IMG/VR virus record: IMGVR_UViG_3300046810_000466
Location: 21,169 to 85,168 of that record
Direction: 5' to 3' (one strand)
Length of the DNA stretch: 64,000 nucleotides
Source: a virus
Part shown: piece after piece, positions 28,352 to 38,873 of the stretch
Layout of the letters: each line of letters opens with the position of its first letter
How positions within the stretch are numbered: the stretch's first letter is position 1
Program-made: the position numbers and the translations under genes
The notes under the pieces: generated by a model
What the model saw: only the letters and a program-made list of their open reading frames with translations
Told to the model about the DNA's origin: nothing
Databases searched by the model: none

Positions 28352-30511
28352 TTAGTGCGATGCGTACTGATAAGGCTGGTGGGTTGGCGTGTAAGGCGCC
28401 CAGGCGAACTCCCAACCGCCGCAAGCCGCGACGTGGTTAACAGTTTGCAGGGAACGCGAGCCGTCAAGTGGGATGACGTCGCGATCAACCGCTCGGATGA
28501 TGCGGGTAGGCTTGTCCGAGTTCATGATACTCCAGCACATGGCCTTATGCGTCTCCACGCTATTGTTACGGTCCAGGATCTCAGCTGCGGTTAGCGTGCC
28601 GGAGTACGAGACCACGATGCGAATTTCCGATTCGCCATACGCTTTGGTTGGTTGGTTACGAATACGTTCCGAGTACTTGTCGCTGTTAGACAAGGTAGCG
28701 GCGACGCCGTGGTGTTGACGACGGGTGGACGATACAGCAGACCAGCCATCGGCGATCTTTTCCAGCATGATGATAGTCAACGGCGCAATGCGGATATCCG
28801 CACGCGTAGTGGTCATCTTGCCGGAGGCGCCACGATACTGGATTGGGCCGAATACTGGCGGGTACAGACGTTGGATGTCCGACACCATGTTCTTCAGTTC
28901 CAGATCGTGATCCGAACGCATGTACATGACCAGGTAACCCTTGGACAGGATATACGCCAGATGGTTCAGCGGTGTAGCGCCATACAGACCTTGACGGAAG
29001 ATAGCTGCTTGTTTAGGCACCACGATCTCGTAGAAGCCCAGCAGATATTCCCACGCATCATTGATCACGTCCGGCGAGATCTTCTTCAGTTCCTGCAACA
29101 TGATCGTGCGGCGCAGCTTCGGTGTGATACCGATGCGACGTTCAATTTCATGGAACACATCGCGGGCGGCGCCGTTGATATAGTGTTCATACAGGCGACC
29201 AGGAATCATGCGGTTATTCACCGCCGCTTGGTCGAAGATCATTTCTGCACGATTGCCGTGTGCATCCACCGGCATGTCTTCATCTTCCCAGATGTGGCAC
29301 ACCACGCCTTTACCGCCGAACAGATCGGTGAACTTATTGCCTTTGTTCGGAATGATCTTGTGCTTGATCGTGAACTCCAAACGGTAATCGTCGATGCGGG
29401 TCTTCTTGTGCACCTTGATCACGTTGTTGTTACTATCTTGCACTGGTGCCACTACCGAGATGGCTTCAACCACCAGGCGCTGCAGATCACCAGCCAGTTC
29501 TGGGTCGCGACCCAATTCACGTGCCAGGTTGTTGTACCAGCGATAAATCTCACCGAAGAACTCACGGCGCGCAGCATCGTATTTCAACGGCTGCGCTTCC
29601 ATGGCCGCTGGCGTACCAGGCAACCCGGTGTTCAGATCGTGGTGCATCTTGATGTCGATCACTTCACCGTCCGCCACAACTTTGCGGTCGAAGGTGTAGT
29701 CAATGCGCTGACAAGCTTTGACACTCATCTCAGCGATCGCCAGATCAGGACGATAAGATCGCATACCCATCAGCACGCCGTCTGGATTGACGTACTCGCC
29801 GATGTTCGGATGGATCTTGTAGTTGTCGTCGTCACCGTAAAGGTTCAACGGGAATTCATTCTGGCCGAACTCCACTACACGCTTCTCGAACGTTGGGAAA
29901 CCGAAGCGGCGCAATGCCGAACGAGATACCACAATACCGTCCTCAGCAACGCCAGGCAAGCCCATCATGGCAATTTCGCACGTAACGCTGAATGCGTAGT
30001 CACCTTCATCCGTTACCCCTGGCGAGTCACGGAACACTACATCCTTTTCGATCGTGTGGTTGATTTTGATTTCGCTGATACCTGGCTTATCAACGTAGCT
30101 GAACCCGAGGTATGGGTGCAGCGTGCTGTAGTCCGTCAGGTTGATCATGCCGTATTCGTACTGGGCCTCGCCATCAAGCGAGCGGAAGATGGCAACCGTT
30201 TGCGGAGGGTTGCCTTTGAAGACCTCATCACCTTCTTTCCGCTTGTAGCGATTTATGATCGCAATAATCTGACCTTTCGCAGGCATGCGCTGCGAGAAAG
30301 TAGTTTCTGCCAACAGGGTATCCATGCCTGTTTGAATACGGCGTTCTTCTACGCCATCCACAACGACGATCTGACCGAGGTTATTCCCGTACATCTGCTT
30401 ACGGGCGGCCGAGATTGCGCTGTTGAACGGGTTAATAGCCATGATACTTTCAGCCTGCGGGAAGTGCTGATTTGGCTGTGGTACCGAACGCTTGACGTTC
30501 ACGTATGTCAT
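28352..30511 (-). CDS. non-virion RNA polymerase beta-like subunit (phiKZ gp71-73-like), uninterrupted
   Basis: 'AEDGIVVS', 'GNKFTDLFGGKGVV', 'EDMPVD', 'NRMIPG', 'YGESEIR'. Confidence 0.9.
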   Translation of the reverse strand: MTYVNVKRSVPQPNQHFPQAESIMAINPFNSAISAARKQMYGNNLGQIVVVDGVEERRIQTGMDTLLAETTFSQRMPAKGQIIAIINRYKRKEGDEVFKGNPPQTVAIFRSLDGEAQYEYGMINLTDYSTLHPYLGFSYVDKPGISEIKINHTIEKDVVFRDSPGVTDEGDYAFSVTCEIAMMGLPGVAEDGIVVSRSALRRFGFPTFEKRVVEFGQNEFPLNLYGDDDNYKIHPNIGEYVNPDGVLMGMRSYRPDLAIAEMSVKACQRIDYTFDRKVVADGEVIDIKMHHDLNTGLPGTPAAMEAQPLKYDAARREFFGEIYRWYNNLARELGRDPELAGDLQRLVVEAISVVAPVQDSNNNVIKVHKKTRIDDYRLEFTIKHKIIPNKGNKFTDLFGGKGVVCHIWEDEDMPVDAHGNRAEMIFDQAAVNNRMIPGRLYEHYINGAARDVFHEIERRIGITPKLRRTIMLQELKKISPDVINDAWEYLLGFYEIVVPKQAAIFRQGLYGATPLNHLAYILSKGYLVMYMRSDHDLELKNMVSDIQRLYPPVFGPIQYRGASGKMTTTRADIRIAPLTIIMLEKIADGWSAVSSTRRQHHGVAATLSNSDKYSERIRNQPTKAYGESEIRIVVSYSGTLTAAEILDRNNSVETHKAMCWSIMNSDKPTRIIRAVDRDVIPLDGSRSLQTVNHVAACGGWEFAWAPYTPTHQPYQYASH

Positions 30512-30583
30512 GCTGCATCCTTTTTGTTCAGAAAATCAAAACAGTTCTTCTTGTTGCTTTTTGGAGTACTTGACTCTAATTTA

Positions 30584-30606
30584 GTGATATAGTCCTACAA
30601 ATATTT
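30584..30606 (-). promoter_or_regulatory. phiKZ-type early promoter (TATATCAC)
   Basis: AAATATTTGTAGGACTATATCAC, ~70 nt upstream of the nvRNAP beta gene; repeated motif. Confidence 0.7.
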
Positions 30607-30627
30607 AACACACTTCGAGGTGAAACG

Positions 30628-30966
30628 ATGTCCATCAATGACCTGCTGATTGACATGGGTCCAGATATCTACTACGATCCAAACTTCCGCAACGTCTTGG
30701 AAGACCACATGACGTTCTTACGCACCCATCCAAAGACAGCGTTGTTCACACTCACACCGGACGAGGCATACCAGTGGCGTGGCGATTTGTTTGGTCTGTT
30801 GCTTGCAAAGAATCGTCCAGCACAATTCCACTGGCTGATCATGCGTTTGAACAATTACACGTCTCCTACCCAGTTCAAACAAGATACAATCGGCCTGATC
30901 GAACCTGACTACACAGTCGTAGACAAGATTCGCCAAAGCAACAATAGTTCAGGGCGCATCAGCTAA
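30628..30966 (+). CDS. small conserved protein, possibly LysM/T4 gp53-like baseplate component
   Basis: 112 aa, GAGGTG RBS; 'YQWRGDLFGLL...HWLIMRLNNYTSP' pattern. Confidence 0.55.
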   Translation: MSINDLLIDMGPDIYYDPNFRNVLEDHMTFLRTHPKTALFTLTPDEAYQWRGDLFGLLLAKNRPAQFHWLIMRLNNYTSPTQFKQDTIGLIEPDYTVVDKIRQSNNSSGRIS

Positions 30967-31009
30967 TAAGTCTGCTGGATCTTTTTTAACTATATAGAGA
31001 AAAAATTAA

Positions 31010-31068
31010 GGCAGAGAAGAACCAACACCACCCTAACACTGGGTGGTGTTGGTCTTATTTATGCCGTT
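31010..31068. terminator. bidirectional hairpin followed by TTATGCCGT
   Basis: ACCAACACCACCC..GGGTGGTGTTGGT 13-bp stem between convergent genes. Confidence 0.75.
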
Positions 31069-31075
31069 TCAGCAA

Positions 31076-32386
31076 TTAGTAACGACGACCGCCGCCGTAG
31101 CCACCGCTAGCTGGTGGTGGATAGCCACCCTGCGTTGGACCGGACGACGGATAGCCGTAACCACCTTGAACCTGACGGCTACCGCCGCCACGAGCCATCG
31201 AGTTGTGCATCATGCCGCTGACGCTCACCGTGTTACCGTGGCCACCAGATACCGGTGCGCCACGCTGTGGCGCTGGGTAACCCGTGCTTTGTGGGCTTGG
31301 GTAACCGCCGCCGGTTTGACGTGGCGCTGGATCTTCCCACGGTGCCGGAGCACGCGCTGCTTGATGCTGCTGGGGGCGATTGGCTTGCGGTGCTGCAACG
31401 GCTGCCACCGGCACAGGTTCTTCGATGACACCCTGGCTTTGTGCGGGGATCGCGCGGATTTGCGGCCACAGCACGTCCAGGTTTTCGAAGGCTTCGGCCC
31501 AGTCCAGATCGAACGTCATTTCTTCCAGAGAACGATCCATGCGGGGATCGAGACCCTTGAACACTTCCATCACGTCGTTCAGATGACGTGCCATCGGCAG
31601 GAAGGCGCGCATCATCGCGTCCATTGCCGGAGCGATACGGGAATTGCTGCCCAGATCGTAGGCGTGCTTGGTGTCCAGATTCGGGATCAGGTATTGCATC
31701 AGGCCGAGGAATGCCGAACGGTCTTTACCACGCAGCTTCACGCCGAAGACTTCCGATTCAGGCTTGGTGCCTTTCTTCGCTTTCGGCGCTGCTTTGTGTT
31801 CAGCCAGTTCTTCTTCCAGCTTGTGCAGTTCTTCGAAGAACGGGAAGTTCACCGAAGCCACACGGTTGTACGACTTGCCGTCCAGGACTGCCGCCGGACG
31901 AACGTACAGTGTCGTAAACACACGTTGCAGTTGATTTGGCTTGGCTGCCAGCTCCGAGATCTTGTCGAAGGCATCGGCCGCGTCGGTGTCTGCTTCAACC
32001 ACCAGCTGCATGAACTCGGCTTGGTCTGGCTTCAGACGTTTGCACAGTTCTTTGTCCGCAGCGATACGCAGCAGCGAAGTACCCAGGCCGCCGATTACGA
32101 TGTTGATGCGGTTGATCGCCCAGTGACGGTAACGCGTCATCAGGTCGGTCGAGTTGGCTTTGGCTGCGGAGGTTTCGCTCAGCAGGTGGAATACTTCGTG
32201 TTCGTTAACGCGAGCATCGCGCAGACGTTCCACCAACGGCAACACCACCGGTTTACCATCTTTGGCAATCACAGGCAGGTATTCACCTTCGCCGATGTCC
32301 ATACGGAAGTAACCATCATCCGTCACCTCCATAGCCGTGAATGCAGCCATCGAACGATAAACGTCCAGGAGTTGAATACTTTCCAT
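31076..32386 (-). CDS. conserved chimallivirus protein (phiKZ gp70 position) with G/Y/P/Q-rich tail
   Basis: 436 aa; 'KPVVLP', 'FHLLSE'; synteny between PicA-like and nvRNAP beta genes. Confidence 0.65.
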   Translation of the reverse strand: MESIQLLDVYRSMAAFTAMEVTDDGYFRMDIGEGEYLPVIAKDGKPVVLPLVERLRDARVNEHEVFHLLSETSAAKANSTDLMTRYRHWAINRINIVIGGLGTSLLRIAADKELCKRLKPDQAEFMQLVVEADTDAADAFDKISELAAKPNQLQRVFTTLYVRPAAVLDGKSYNRVASVNFPFFEELHKLEEELAEHKAAPKAKKGTKPESEVFGVKLRGKDRSAFLGLMQYLIPNLDTKHAYDLGSNSRIAPAMDAMMRAFLPMARHLNDVMEVFKGLDPRMDRSLEEMTFDLDWAEAFENLDVLWPQIRAIPAQSQGVIEEPVPVAAVAAPQANRPQQHQAARAPAPWEDPAPRQTGGGYPSPQSTGYPAPQRGAPVSGGHGNTVSVSGMMHNSMARGGGSRQVQGGYGYPSSGPTQGGYPPPASGGYGGGRRY

Positions 32387-32437
32387 TGTTTCCTCTTGTA
32401 GTTGTACACAACCCCGTCCGGAGACGGGGCGTGCGTT

Positions 32438-34084
32438 TTAGTAACGTTTGCCGGATGGCATTGCCTGATAACCCTGGAGATCATGGATCAACGGGCGAAC
32501 CGGAGTGGCTGGCAGGACTTCTTGTTGCAGGTTGTGGAATGCAACCGCCAAGTTGTCCAGCGTATCGCGACGCGACGTCAGAACAGGCGACATCACGGAC
32601 GAGCAGTAAGCCGGCTGCACGTAAGTGTAAGCCGGCTGACCTTGCAGACGTAACGTGATGCTGATCTCGCCGAACAAGTCAGCACGAACATCCATCTCAT
32701 AAGCGATACCACCATTGAAGGTCATCGGCATGACAACCTGCTGCTCGAACTGCACACCCAGCGCTTGCATCTGAGGCGCCAGATTGATACCGGCCACCAC
32801 AGGCACACCGCCAGTTGCTACACAGATCGGCAACCCTTTCAGGTTGCTGGCGAAGATGTCGATCTTGCGCACGGTCAGGTCGGTCATCAACGGTGGCAAC
32901 ATGTTGGAGATTTGCACCGCTACTTGTGTTGCCAAGTCTTGACCGTTCCAGTCCGACGTCGTGCCTGCCGTGTGCATGTTTTCACCGACGGAGCCGATGA
33001 ATTGCAGGCGATCACGCCATTGCACAAAGCAGACCTGATCGCGCTCGGCGTTCGGGTCGATGTTGAGCATGTCGCGCCACTTGAACGAAGCGGTGAAATG
33101 CCCTGGACCGTTGCGACTGATGGCCATGATGAACGGATCTGTCGAGAACGATGCATCACGCAGCTGGCGAGCTGCCGCGTGATACGGTTCCGTAACGCCG
33201 TTGCGATTGGTCTGGCGGGACAGATCGCGGCCGTTCACCAGACCGGAGATCACATTGGCCATGTAATCGTTCGGATTGGTGTGATGCTGATTCGAGAACT
33301 GTGGCGTGCTGTTCTGCGTACTGCGGGTGTCAACCACATGCACAGTCGAGCCTTGCAGTTCTGGATCATTCAGGCGTGCCAGCGATACAGCGACTTCGTA
33401 CGGACGCAGACGAATCGTGTCGGCTTCATCCGGACCTTGGTAACCATGGTCAACCAGCACTTGGTTCACACTGACCAGCTGTTGTTCAACCATGGTGCCG
33501 TAGCCGCGGTCGATCTCGATGTCACGGATCTCGTACATGGTGTTGATATTCAACTCCATCTGCGGGTCGATAGCACCACTTTGGGAGAAGCCAGCGTGGT
33601 CAGTGTAACCGATGATCACATAACGGTTTGGCACAACCGCTTGCGTACGCTGAACGCTGATCACCATCATGAAGCGACCGGTCGGTTCATTCCAACCCAT
33701 CTTCATGTTGGCGTAAGCCTGGACTTCAGCACTAGCTGCTGGTTTGATGAACGAAGCCGATACCGGCGCCAGATCGGCCGGATTGACCATGTACTGGGTT
33801 TCGTTGTGGATCTTACCAGCTTCTTTCGCTACCTGATGCTGGTGGTACGCTTGCGCCACCACGTCGTGGATAGCTGCCGCGTTTTGGACATTGTAGTCCG
33901 TCGTCCATGGCCGGCGCCACTGCTGATTGTAGCTACCGGTCGGGGTGAAGACGATGGTCTCTACCGTGATCTTCGAGGCGCCTTGATGAGGAAACTTCGG
34001 TTCATTGTAGGTTTTGTATTGCTCGTCGTAGGCACCGTACGGATTGTGCTGCTGTGGTTGTTGATTATAAGCGTCGTACGTCAT
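32438..34084 (-). CDS. picA: phage nucleus protein importer PicA/Imp1 (phiKZ gp69-like)
   Basis: 548 aa; 'TGSYNQQWRRPW', 'GWNEPTGRFMM', 'YVIIGYTD', 'P-AYCSSVMSPV'; lies directly after the gp68-like subunit. Confidence 0.7.
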   Translation of the reverse strand: MTYDAYNQQPQQHNPYGAYDEQYKTYNEPKFPHQGASKITVETIVFTPTGSYNQQWRRPWTTDYNVQNAAAIHDVVAQAYHQHQVAKEAGKIHNETQYMVNPADLAPVSASFIKPAASAEVQAYANMKMGWNEPTGRFMMVISVQRTQAVVPNRYVIIGYTDHAGFSQSGAIDPQMELNINTMYEIRDIEIDRGYGTMVEQQLVSVNQVLVDHGYQGPDEADTIRLRPYEVAVSLARLNDPELQGSTVHVVDTRSTQNSTPQFSNQHHTNPNDYMANVISGLVNGRDLSRQTNRNGVTEPYHAAARQLRDASFSTDPFIMAISRNGPGHFTASFKWRDMLNIDPNAERDQVCFVQWRDRLQFIGSVGENMHTAGTTSDWNGQDLATQVAVQISNMLPPLMTDLTVRKIDIFASNLKGLPICVATGGVPVVAGINLAPQMQALGVQFEQQVVMPMTFNGGIAYEMDVRADLFGEISITLRLQGQPAYTYVQPAYCSSVMSPVLTSRRDTLDNLAVAFHNLQQEVLPATPVRPLIHDLQGYQAMPSGKRY

Positions 34085-34087
34085 GGT

Positions 34088-35767
34088 TTACAGGCTCCTG
34101 GTTGCAATGCTGATTGCGAGTTCAGCAAATTTATTACGGATGTCAGACTTTACAGAGTAACGTCGTCCACCGGGGTGGTTAGGCAATTTATCCAGCCATT
34201 GTTTCGGCAGGTTCAGCAGCCAGCTGTTACGGCTCAGTTCGTCCCTGATCAACTCGATGTTTTCCACCGCGACGTTGGGAAGATTGGTGTGACGGATGTC
34301 GTCGCTACGCCGTTTGCCTGGCGGACGTTGCGCATACGGATACAGCCGTTGCAATGCTTCTTTATTTTCTTTCGTCAATGCAGCAGGAGGGGCGCTGCTA
34401 GCATTGTTGAAACCGTCGCGTTCTTTAGCGACAGAAGCAGTCATCAAGGCGGCGATATCGTGATGGCCACGGTGCCACAGCAAGGCGGTAGCGACAGCCA
34501 TCATGCAGAGATCTTCGAGCAGATTCATCTCGTCGATTCCACGTGGCGGGAACAGCGCATCCCAACGCTCACGGAACTTAGGATCGGCTTCCCAAGCGCC
34601 ATCGCGTTGCAGACATTCTGCCCCCAACACATTTTGCAAGATCGTGAATTGGATTGGCTGCGGTGGATTCTTCTTCAGATTTTCCACGACAAGCAATGCG
34701 CTTGCCAAGATCTCACGCGGCATGTCTGGCGCAATGCGGGCGATGAACAGCTCGCAGTCTTGTGCGCTGCTTTCCAGGATGGTCAGGTCGCCGGCCGTGT
34801 AAGGCTCTTTGATCTTGATCGTCTCGGAAACAGATTGCCGGTTTTCGTTGTCATTACCAGTGCCGCCTTCAGGGATCTTCGGCTTGATGGACTCGTTCAG
34901 CTGGCGATCTGCGCTGTCCATTTGTTGGTCGATGAAAGAATACACACGACCAACCAACGAGAAGTTAGGATCACGGCCGGAGAAGTCCACCCACGCCATA
35001 CGGCGAATCACTAGGATTGCCATGATTTGGAACGGCACGTCTTCCTTCGATACCCCGCCGCCGATGACGGAGTTCTTGTACTTTTCCGAAGACAAGTACA
35101 GGTTGACGTATTCTTCCAGGCGCTTGAAGCCGTCAGTTTCCACCAAGGCTGTGCGGGTGGCTAACCGCAGCGCGTAGATTTCTTTCAGGTCGTTACCGAT
35201 GGCTTCGTAGGTGTTCGCCAAGAAACGACCCCACACTGGCACCAGCATACGCAGCAATACGACCAGCACCACCAAGCCCCAGTAATCTTTGCGGAGATAC
35301 GTGGCACTTACTGGGCGGGAACGCAGACCGAATTGGTCGCCGCGTTCTGCGGATTCTTCCAGCGTTTCGTACACCCGGATGCCTTCAGGGAAGCGGATCG
35401 TCGGGGTCGTGCGAACCCAAGACGACACATTTTCTGGCGTACAGATCTCGAAGATCTTCTTGATCAGCGGAGGCAATTGCTTGCGCAGATCCGGAATGTT
35501 GTTGTCGATGTTGTCCAACACGTTGAAGATCGAGTTGTAAACATCAAACAATTGGTCTTGCGTCTGCCGTGGCAGCTGTGCGAAGTATTGGTTCAGATGC
35601 TCGAATGGTTCGACCGAGGGGAGGTCTTCCACATCCGGATCACGGGCAGCCATAGCGCCTGCTTTCGCACCACGCTTGTTACCACGTTCCAAGATCTTCA
35701 CATTCCAGGCTAACTCCTGGCCGTTGTGTTTCAGTATAACGTTCGAATCTATTTTGTCGAATCTCAC
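34088..35767 (-). CDS. non-virion RNA polymerase promoter-specificity subunit (phiKZ gp68-like)
   Basis: 559 aa, GTG with AAGGAG RBS; 'TYLRKDYWGLVVLVVLLRMLVPVWG'; synteny. Confidence 0.7.
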   Translation of the reverse strand: MRFDKIDSNVILKHNGQELAWNVKILERGNKRGAKAGAMAARDPDVEDLPSVEPFEHLNQYFAQLPRQTQDQLFDVYNSIFNVLDNIDNNIPDLRKQLPPLIKKIFEICTPENVSSWVRTTPTIRFPEGIRVYETLEESAERGDQFGLRSRPVSATYLRKDYWGLVVLVVLLRMLVPVWGRFLANTYEAIGNDLKEIYALRLATRTALVETDGFKRLEEYVNLYLSSEKYKNSVIGGGVSKEDVPFQIMAILVIRRMAWVDFSGRDPNFSLVGRVYSFIDQQMDSADRQLNESIKPKIPEGGTGNDNENRQSVSETIKIKEPYTAGDLTILESSAQDCELFIARIAPDMPREILASALLVVENLKKNPPQPIQFTILQNVLGAECLQRDGAWEADPKFRERWDALFPPRGIDEMNLLEDLCMMAVATALLWHRGHHDIAALMTASVAKERDGFNNASSAPPAALTKENKEALQRLYPYAQRPPGKRRSDDIRHTNLPNVAVENIELIRDELSRNSWLLNLPKQWLDKLPNHPGGRRYSVKSDIRNKFAELAISIATRSL

Positions 35768-35818
35768 GTCTTCTCCTTTTTGTTGATAAAACTAGACTAC
35801 TATTTACTGCTCATCGTA

Positions 35819-35840
35819 GTGATATATGCCTAAGATTTTT
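35819..35840 (-). promoter_or_regulatory. phiKZ-type early promoter (TATATCAC)
   Basis: AAAAATCTTAGGCATATATCAC ~50 nt upstream of the gp68-like gene. Confidence 0.7.
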
Positions 35841-35859
35841 TCCATCCTTGTTGTCTCTA

Positions 35860-35900
35860 GGGCATAGCGGCCACGCGACCCGAAGGCCGCGTGGTCCTAT
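35860..35900 (-). terminator. gene-end hairpin followed by TATGCCC
   Basis: CCACGCG-ACC-CGAA-GGC-CGCGTGG stem after the stop at 35931. Confidence 0.65.
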
Positions 35901-35930
35901 CTAAAACAACTCACCCGATGGTGTTACGGG

Positions 35931-36731
35931 TTAGTACGGGATGTCGTCATCCATGTCGCTGAACTCCGGCGATGCTTTGGCCGTACCACCGCCGCCATTG
36001 CTTTGACCACCGCCGTTACCGCCGCCCGAATTGCCACCACTGCGGTTACCACCGTTGTTGCTCTGGCCGCCACCTTGACCGCCGCCCTGGCCTTGTGCTG
36101 GCACGTATGGCGGTTTGTAGTCGTCTGGTTTGGCGTTTTGCAGCAGACGCGACTGGGTGATACGTTGGTGCAGTTCGAGCAGCAGCTTGTGGTAAGCGCG
36201 GGCGCCGATCAGCGAGTTCTCGGCGTCGGTGAAGGCATTGCCGTCGCCGTGCTTGAAGATGAACTCGGGACGTTCGTTGATGAAGCCGAATTCGATTTCG
36301 GTTTTCTTGAACTGGATCAGCGACATGTAGAACACGCCGTTGCTGTCCTTGCCGAAGAACAGCTTGATGCCGTCGCGTGGCGCTTCCAGCGGAACACGTT
36401 TCTTCAGGTTGTTGTCCCAGCTGAAGCGAACTTGCTCGACCAGAACGAACTTGCATTCACCTTTGTGACGGATAGCTTCGCCGAACTGGATGACCCACTT
36501 CTCGTAGTCTTCCAGGTTCAGCTTGATGCGGATGTTGTCGCCATCGCGCATACGCTCTTTGTCGGCAGGATCGCCGGTACGCACCATCAACGATACGCGG
36601 CCAGCGAGGTCTACGTCCAGATTGAACGAAGCACTCTTACCTTGAGCGGTCGATTTTGCCCAGCGCGTGAGCGAAAACAGATCGAAGGGAGCGCGAGGAC
36701 GGTTGTCTTTTTCCTGTTGGTTATATGCCAT
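35931..36731 (-). CDS. chmC: nucleic-acid-binding protein ChmC-like (phiKZ gp67 position)
   Basis: 266 aa; beta-rich domain, Gly/Asn/Gln-rich linker, acidic tip DMDDDIPY; position immediately upstream of gp68-like/PicA. Confidence 0.65.
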   Translation of the reverse strand: MAYNQQEKDNRPRAPFDLFSLTRWAKSTAQGKSASFNLDVDLAGRVSLMVRTGDPADKERMRDGDNIRIKLNLEDYEKWVIQFGEAIRHKGECKFVLVEQVRFSWDNNLKKRVPLEAPRDGIKLFFGKDSNGVFYMSLIQFKKTEIEFGFINERPEFIFKHGDGNAFTDAENSLIGARAYHKLLLELHQRITQSRLLQNAKPDDYKPPYVPAQGQGGGQGGGQSNNGGNRSGGNSGGGNGGGQSNGGGGTAKASPEFSDMDDDIPY

Positions 36732-36807
36732 TTTCTTAAAATCCGTGTAGGTGGAATGAAGGTGTTTCGGTCTACATCTAATAGCGTGGTTGGATATTTT
36801 TACACTA

Positions 36808-37671
36808 CTAGACTAGCACTTTGTACAACTGTTTAAGCTTTAAGACGTGTGCAGGGTTCGGTAATTCACTGATCCCCTCCACAATCCTTGCTCGGGTGGT
36901 AACACTACTCCAGTTCCTGCGAGTAGCGAGTTCCACAATGGCTTTTCGAAGTCTTACATCCAACGGATGGAATGTTTCGATGTCGCCAAATACTTGCAAC
37001 AATTCCTCAGTAAAGGGAATCATTGAGAGATCACGCCCGTTGTAGTACTTAGAGTACCAGAGCGCTTTCGGTTTGATCTTGCCGGTGTGTGACTCAAGCA
37101 GCGTCAGGCTGCCGAAGTTACTTTCCGACAGCAGGTCGTACACCACGTGGGTGATGATCAAGGTCTTACCTGGACTTCCTGGTAGCTTATCGTCGACAAC
37201 GGTAAACGTCTCAGGGATTTCCCTGATTAAGATCTTCATCACATCACCCAGCGTCTGGGTGAACTGCTGGGCCTTCGACGTGACATCCTTTCGAATCTCA
37301 GCTTCAGGGTATTTCGATTCAATGCGCTTCAGGTTGTTAAAGTAGTACTTCACTGGGACAACCTTGCCAGCGTATTCACGCAGCATGTCAGGGATGATAC
37401 CCATCTCCTCGGCCATGATTTGTGCGATGTTAGCGACGTTAATGGTCGCCGCAATGTCTTTCGACATGGCACCCATGATGTTGCGGTATAACGTCCGCAG
37501 ATTGATCCAAACTTCATCAAACTTTCGTATGGGCATCATAGGGGGCTTGGGCAGGTCGGGATGAATCCCGACCGCGGCTTCTATGGCTAACGAGGTAGCA
37601 ATTGATAAATGAAAGAATCCTAATGCACGTTCATCTGCGGTATTAGCGTAGTTGACTTTGTTGTCGTCCAT
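36808..37671 (-). CDS. conserved chimallivirus protein (gp66 position), possibly PIN/5'-nuclease-like fold
   Basis: 287 aa, GGAG RBS; 'LSIATSLAIE', 'WINLRTLYRN', 'LLESHTGKIK'. Confidence 0.65.
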   Translation of the reverse strand: MDDNKVNYANTADERALGFFHLSIATSLAIEAAVGIHPDLPKPPMMPIRKFDEVWINLRTLYRNIMGAMSKDIAATINVANIAQIMAEEMGIIPDMLREYAGKVVPVKYYFNNLKRIESKYPEAEIRKDVTSKAQQFTQTLGDVMKILIREIPETFTVVDDKLPGSPGKTLIITHVVYDLLSESNFGSLTLLESHTGKIKPKALWYSKYYNGRDLSMIPFTEELLQVFGDIETFHPLDVRLRKAIVELATRRNWSSVTTRARIVEGISELPNPAHVLKLKQLYKVLV

Positions 37672-38873
37672 GGGAATAATTCTCCTAAGATGTCTGTGGC
37701 CGCATCCATGATCTGCCCCGACGCACCCTCACTCGCGATGCGTTCCAGGATAAGACCTGAGATGTTTTCGCGGGTAATGGTAATCGGTACGAACTTGATG
37801 TCAGCTTCAGCCAGAGGAGCTAAGGCTTTTTCTTTATCCCGAACAGGATCTTTCGCAAAGAACAACAGCGGCGCAATGCGAATCAAACTATCCATATTCG
37901 TGAAGATCGGGTGGTTGCTTTCTGCCCGTATCCTGACGTGTGAGAAATCTGGCAGTTGGTCAACGTACTCCCGAATAAACGAGAGTGTATCTTCCAGTGA
38001 CTTACCACTCACATTCAGAGTATTGAACCTCATGGCGTTGGTATTCTCGATGAAACGAATTTCCCAAGCGCCGTCTGGCTGATACTTTGCCCGCATGTGC
38101 CCCTTAGGGGTTTCATAGCCATGCCCCAAGCGATCAAACGAACCTTGCACGTAGATACGCTCAAAGCTCTTGTGCCCGTGGTCGTGGCCGATGAATGTGT
38201 TGTGTTTCACTATAGCGAGGTATTCAGCCTCATCATGCGCTACAGTATTATCAACATACGGGATTTGGAACTTAAACAAGCCATGCATGATCGCATGGTC
38301 CACTTGGTCTATGCCACGAGCACGCATCAGATCTTTCACTGATCGCAGCGTTGCTGCTGCGCCGCCAGGCAGTTCGTCAGGCACGTACAGGACGTGGATG
38401 TCAAACTCTGGCATGTACTCGATGTCAAGCTGTTCGATGTACTTCAGATCCGCATCAATGTTGTTGATGCGGTTTTCCATCTCGAAGTAGCCCGACTGTT
38501 TCCGATCGTGCCCTGGGGTACCTTCCAAGACACGCAATTTGATGTTGTACTTCTTGCACAGGTTCAGAAGGTAGTTCACCCAATGCTTGATGCCGTCGAT
38601 GTCTTCGTCGTTGAACATCAACACGTCATCGAAGACGTCGCCAGCGACGAAGATAATGTCCAGGCTAGCTGTTTCAGCTGTATCGGGGAATGCATTAAAG
38701 AGGTTCTGTACAATCCTTGCTGCGGGGTTTTTATTGTGCCCCAGATGGATGTCACTAATAACGGCGTAATACAAACCACCGTTCTTACCGTATCCGATTT
38801 CCTGAAGGCTCTCCGCTAAGGCGGTCTTAGCAGAGGGAATCGAATTCGGAGCTATCGCGGGCAATGTCGACAT
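37620..38873 (-). CDS. sbcD: SbcD/Mre11-like metallophosphoesterase nuclease
   Basis: 'SDIHLGH', 'AGDVFD', 'EGTPGHD', 'MHG', 'IGHDH', 'GSFDRL'; start position uncertain. Confidence 0.85.
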   Translation of the reverse strand: MSTLPAIAPNSIPSAKTALAESLQEIGYGKNGGLYYAVISDIHLGHNKNPAARIVQNLFNAFPDTAETASLDIIFVAGDVFDDVLMFNDEDIDGIKHWVNYLLNLCKKYNIKLRVLEGTPGHDRKQSGYFEMENRINNIDADLKYIEQLDIEYMPEFDIHVLYVPDELPGGAAATLRSVKDLMRARGIDQVDHAIMHGLFKFQIPYVDNTVAHDEAEYLAIVKHNTFIGHDHGHKSFERIYVQGSFDRLGHGYETPKGHMRAKYQPDGAWEIRFIENTNAMRFNTLNVSGKSLEDTLSFIREYVDQLPDFSHVRIRAESNHPIFTNMDSLIRIAPLLFFAKDPVRDKEKALAPLAEADIKFVPITITRENISGLILERIASEGASGQIMDAATDILGELFPWTTTKSTTLIPQMNVH

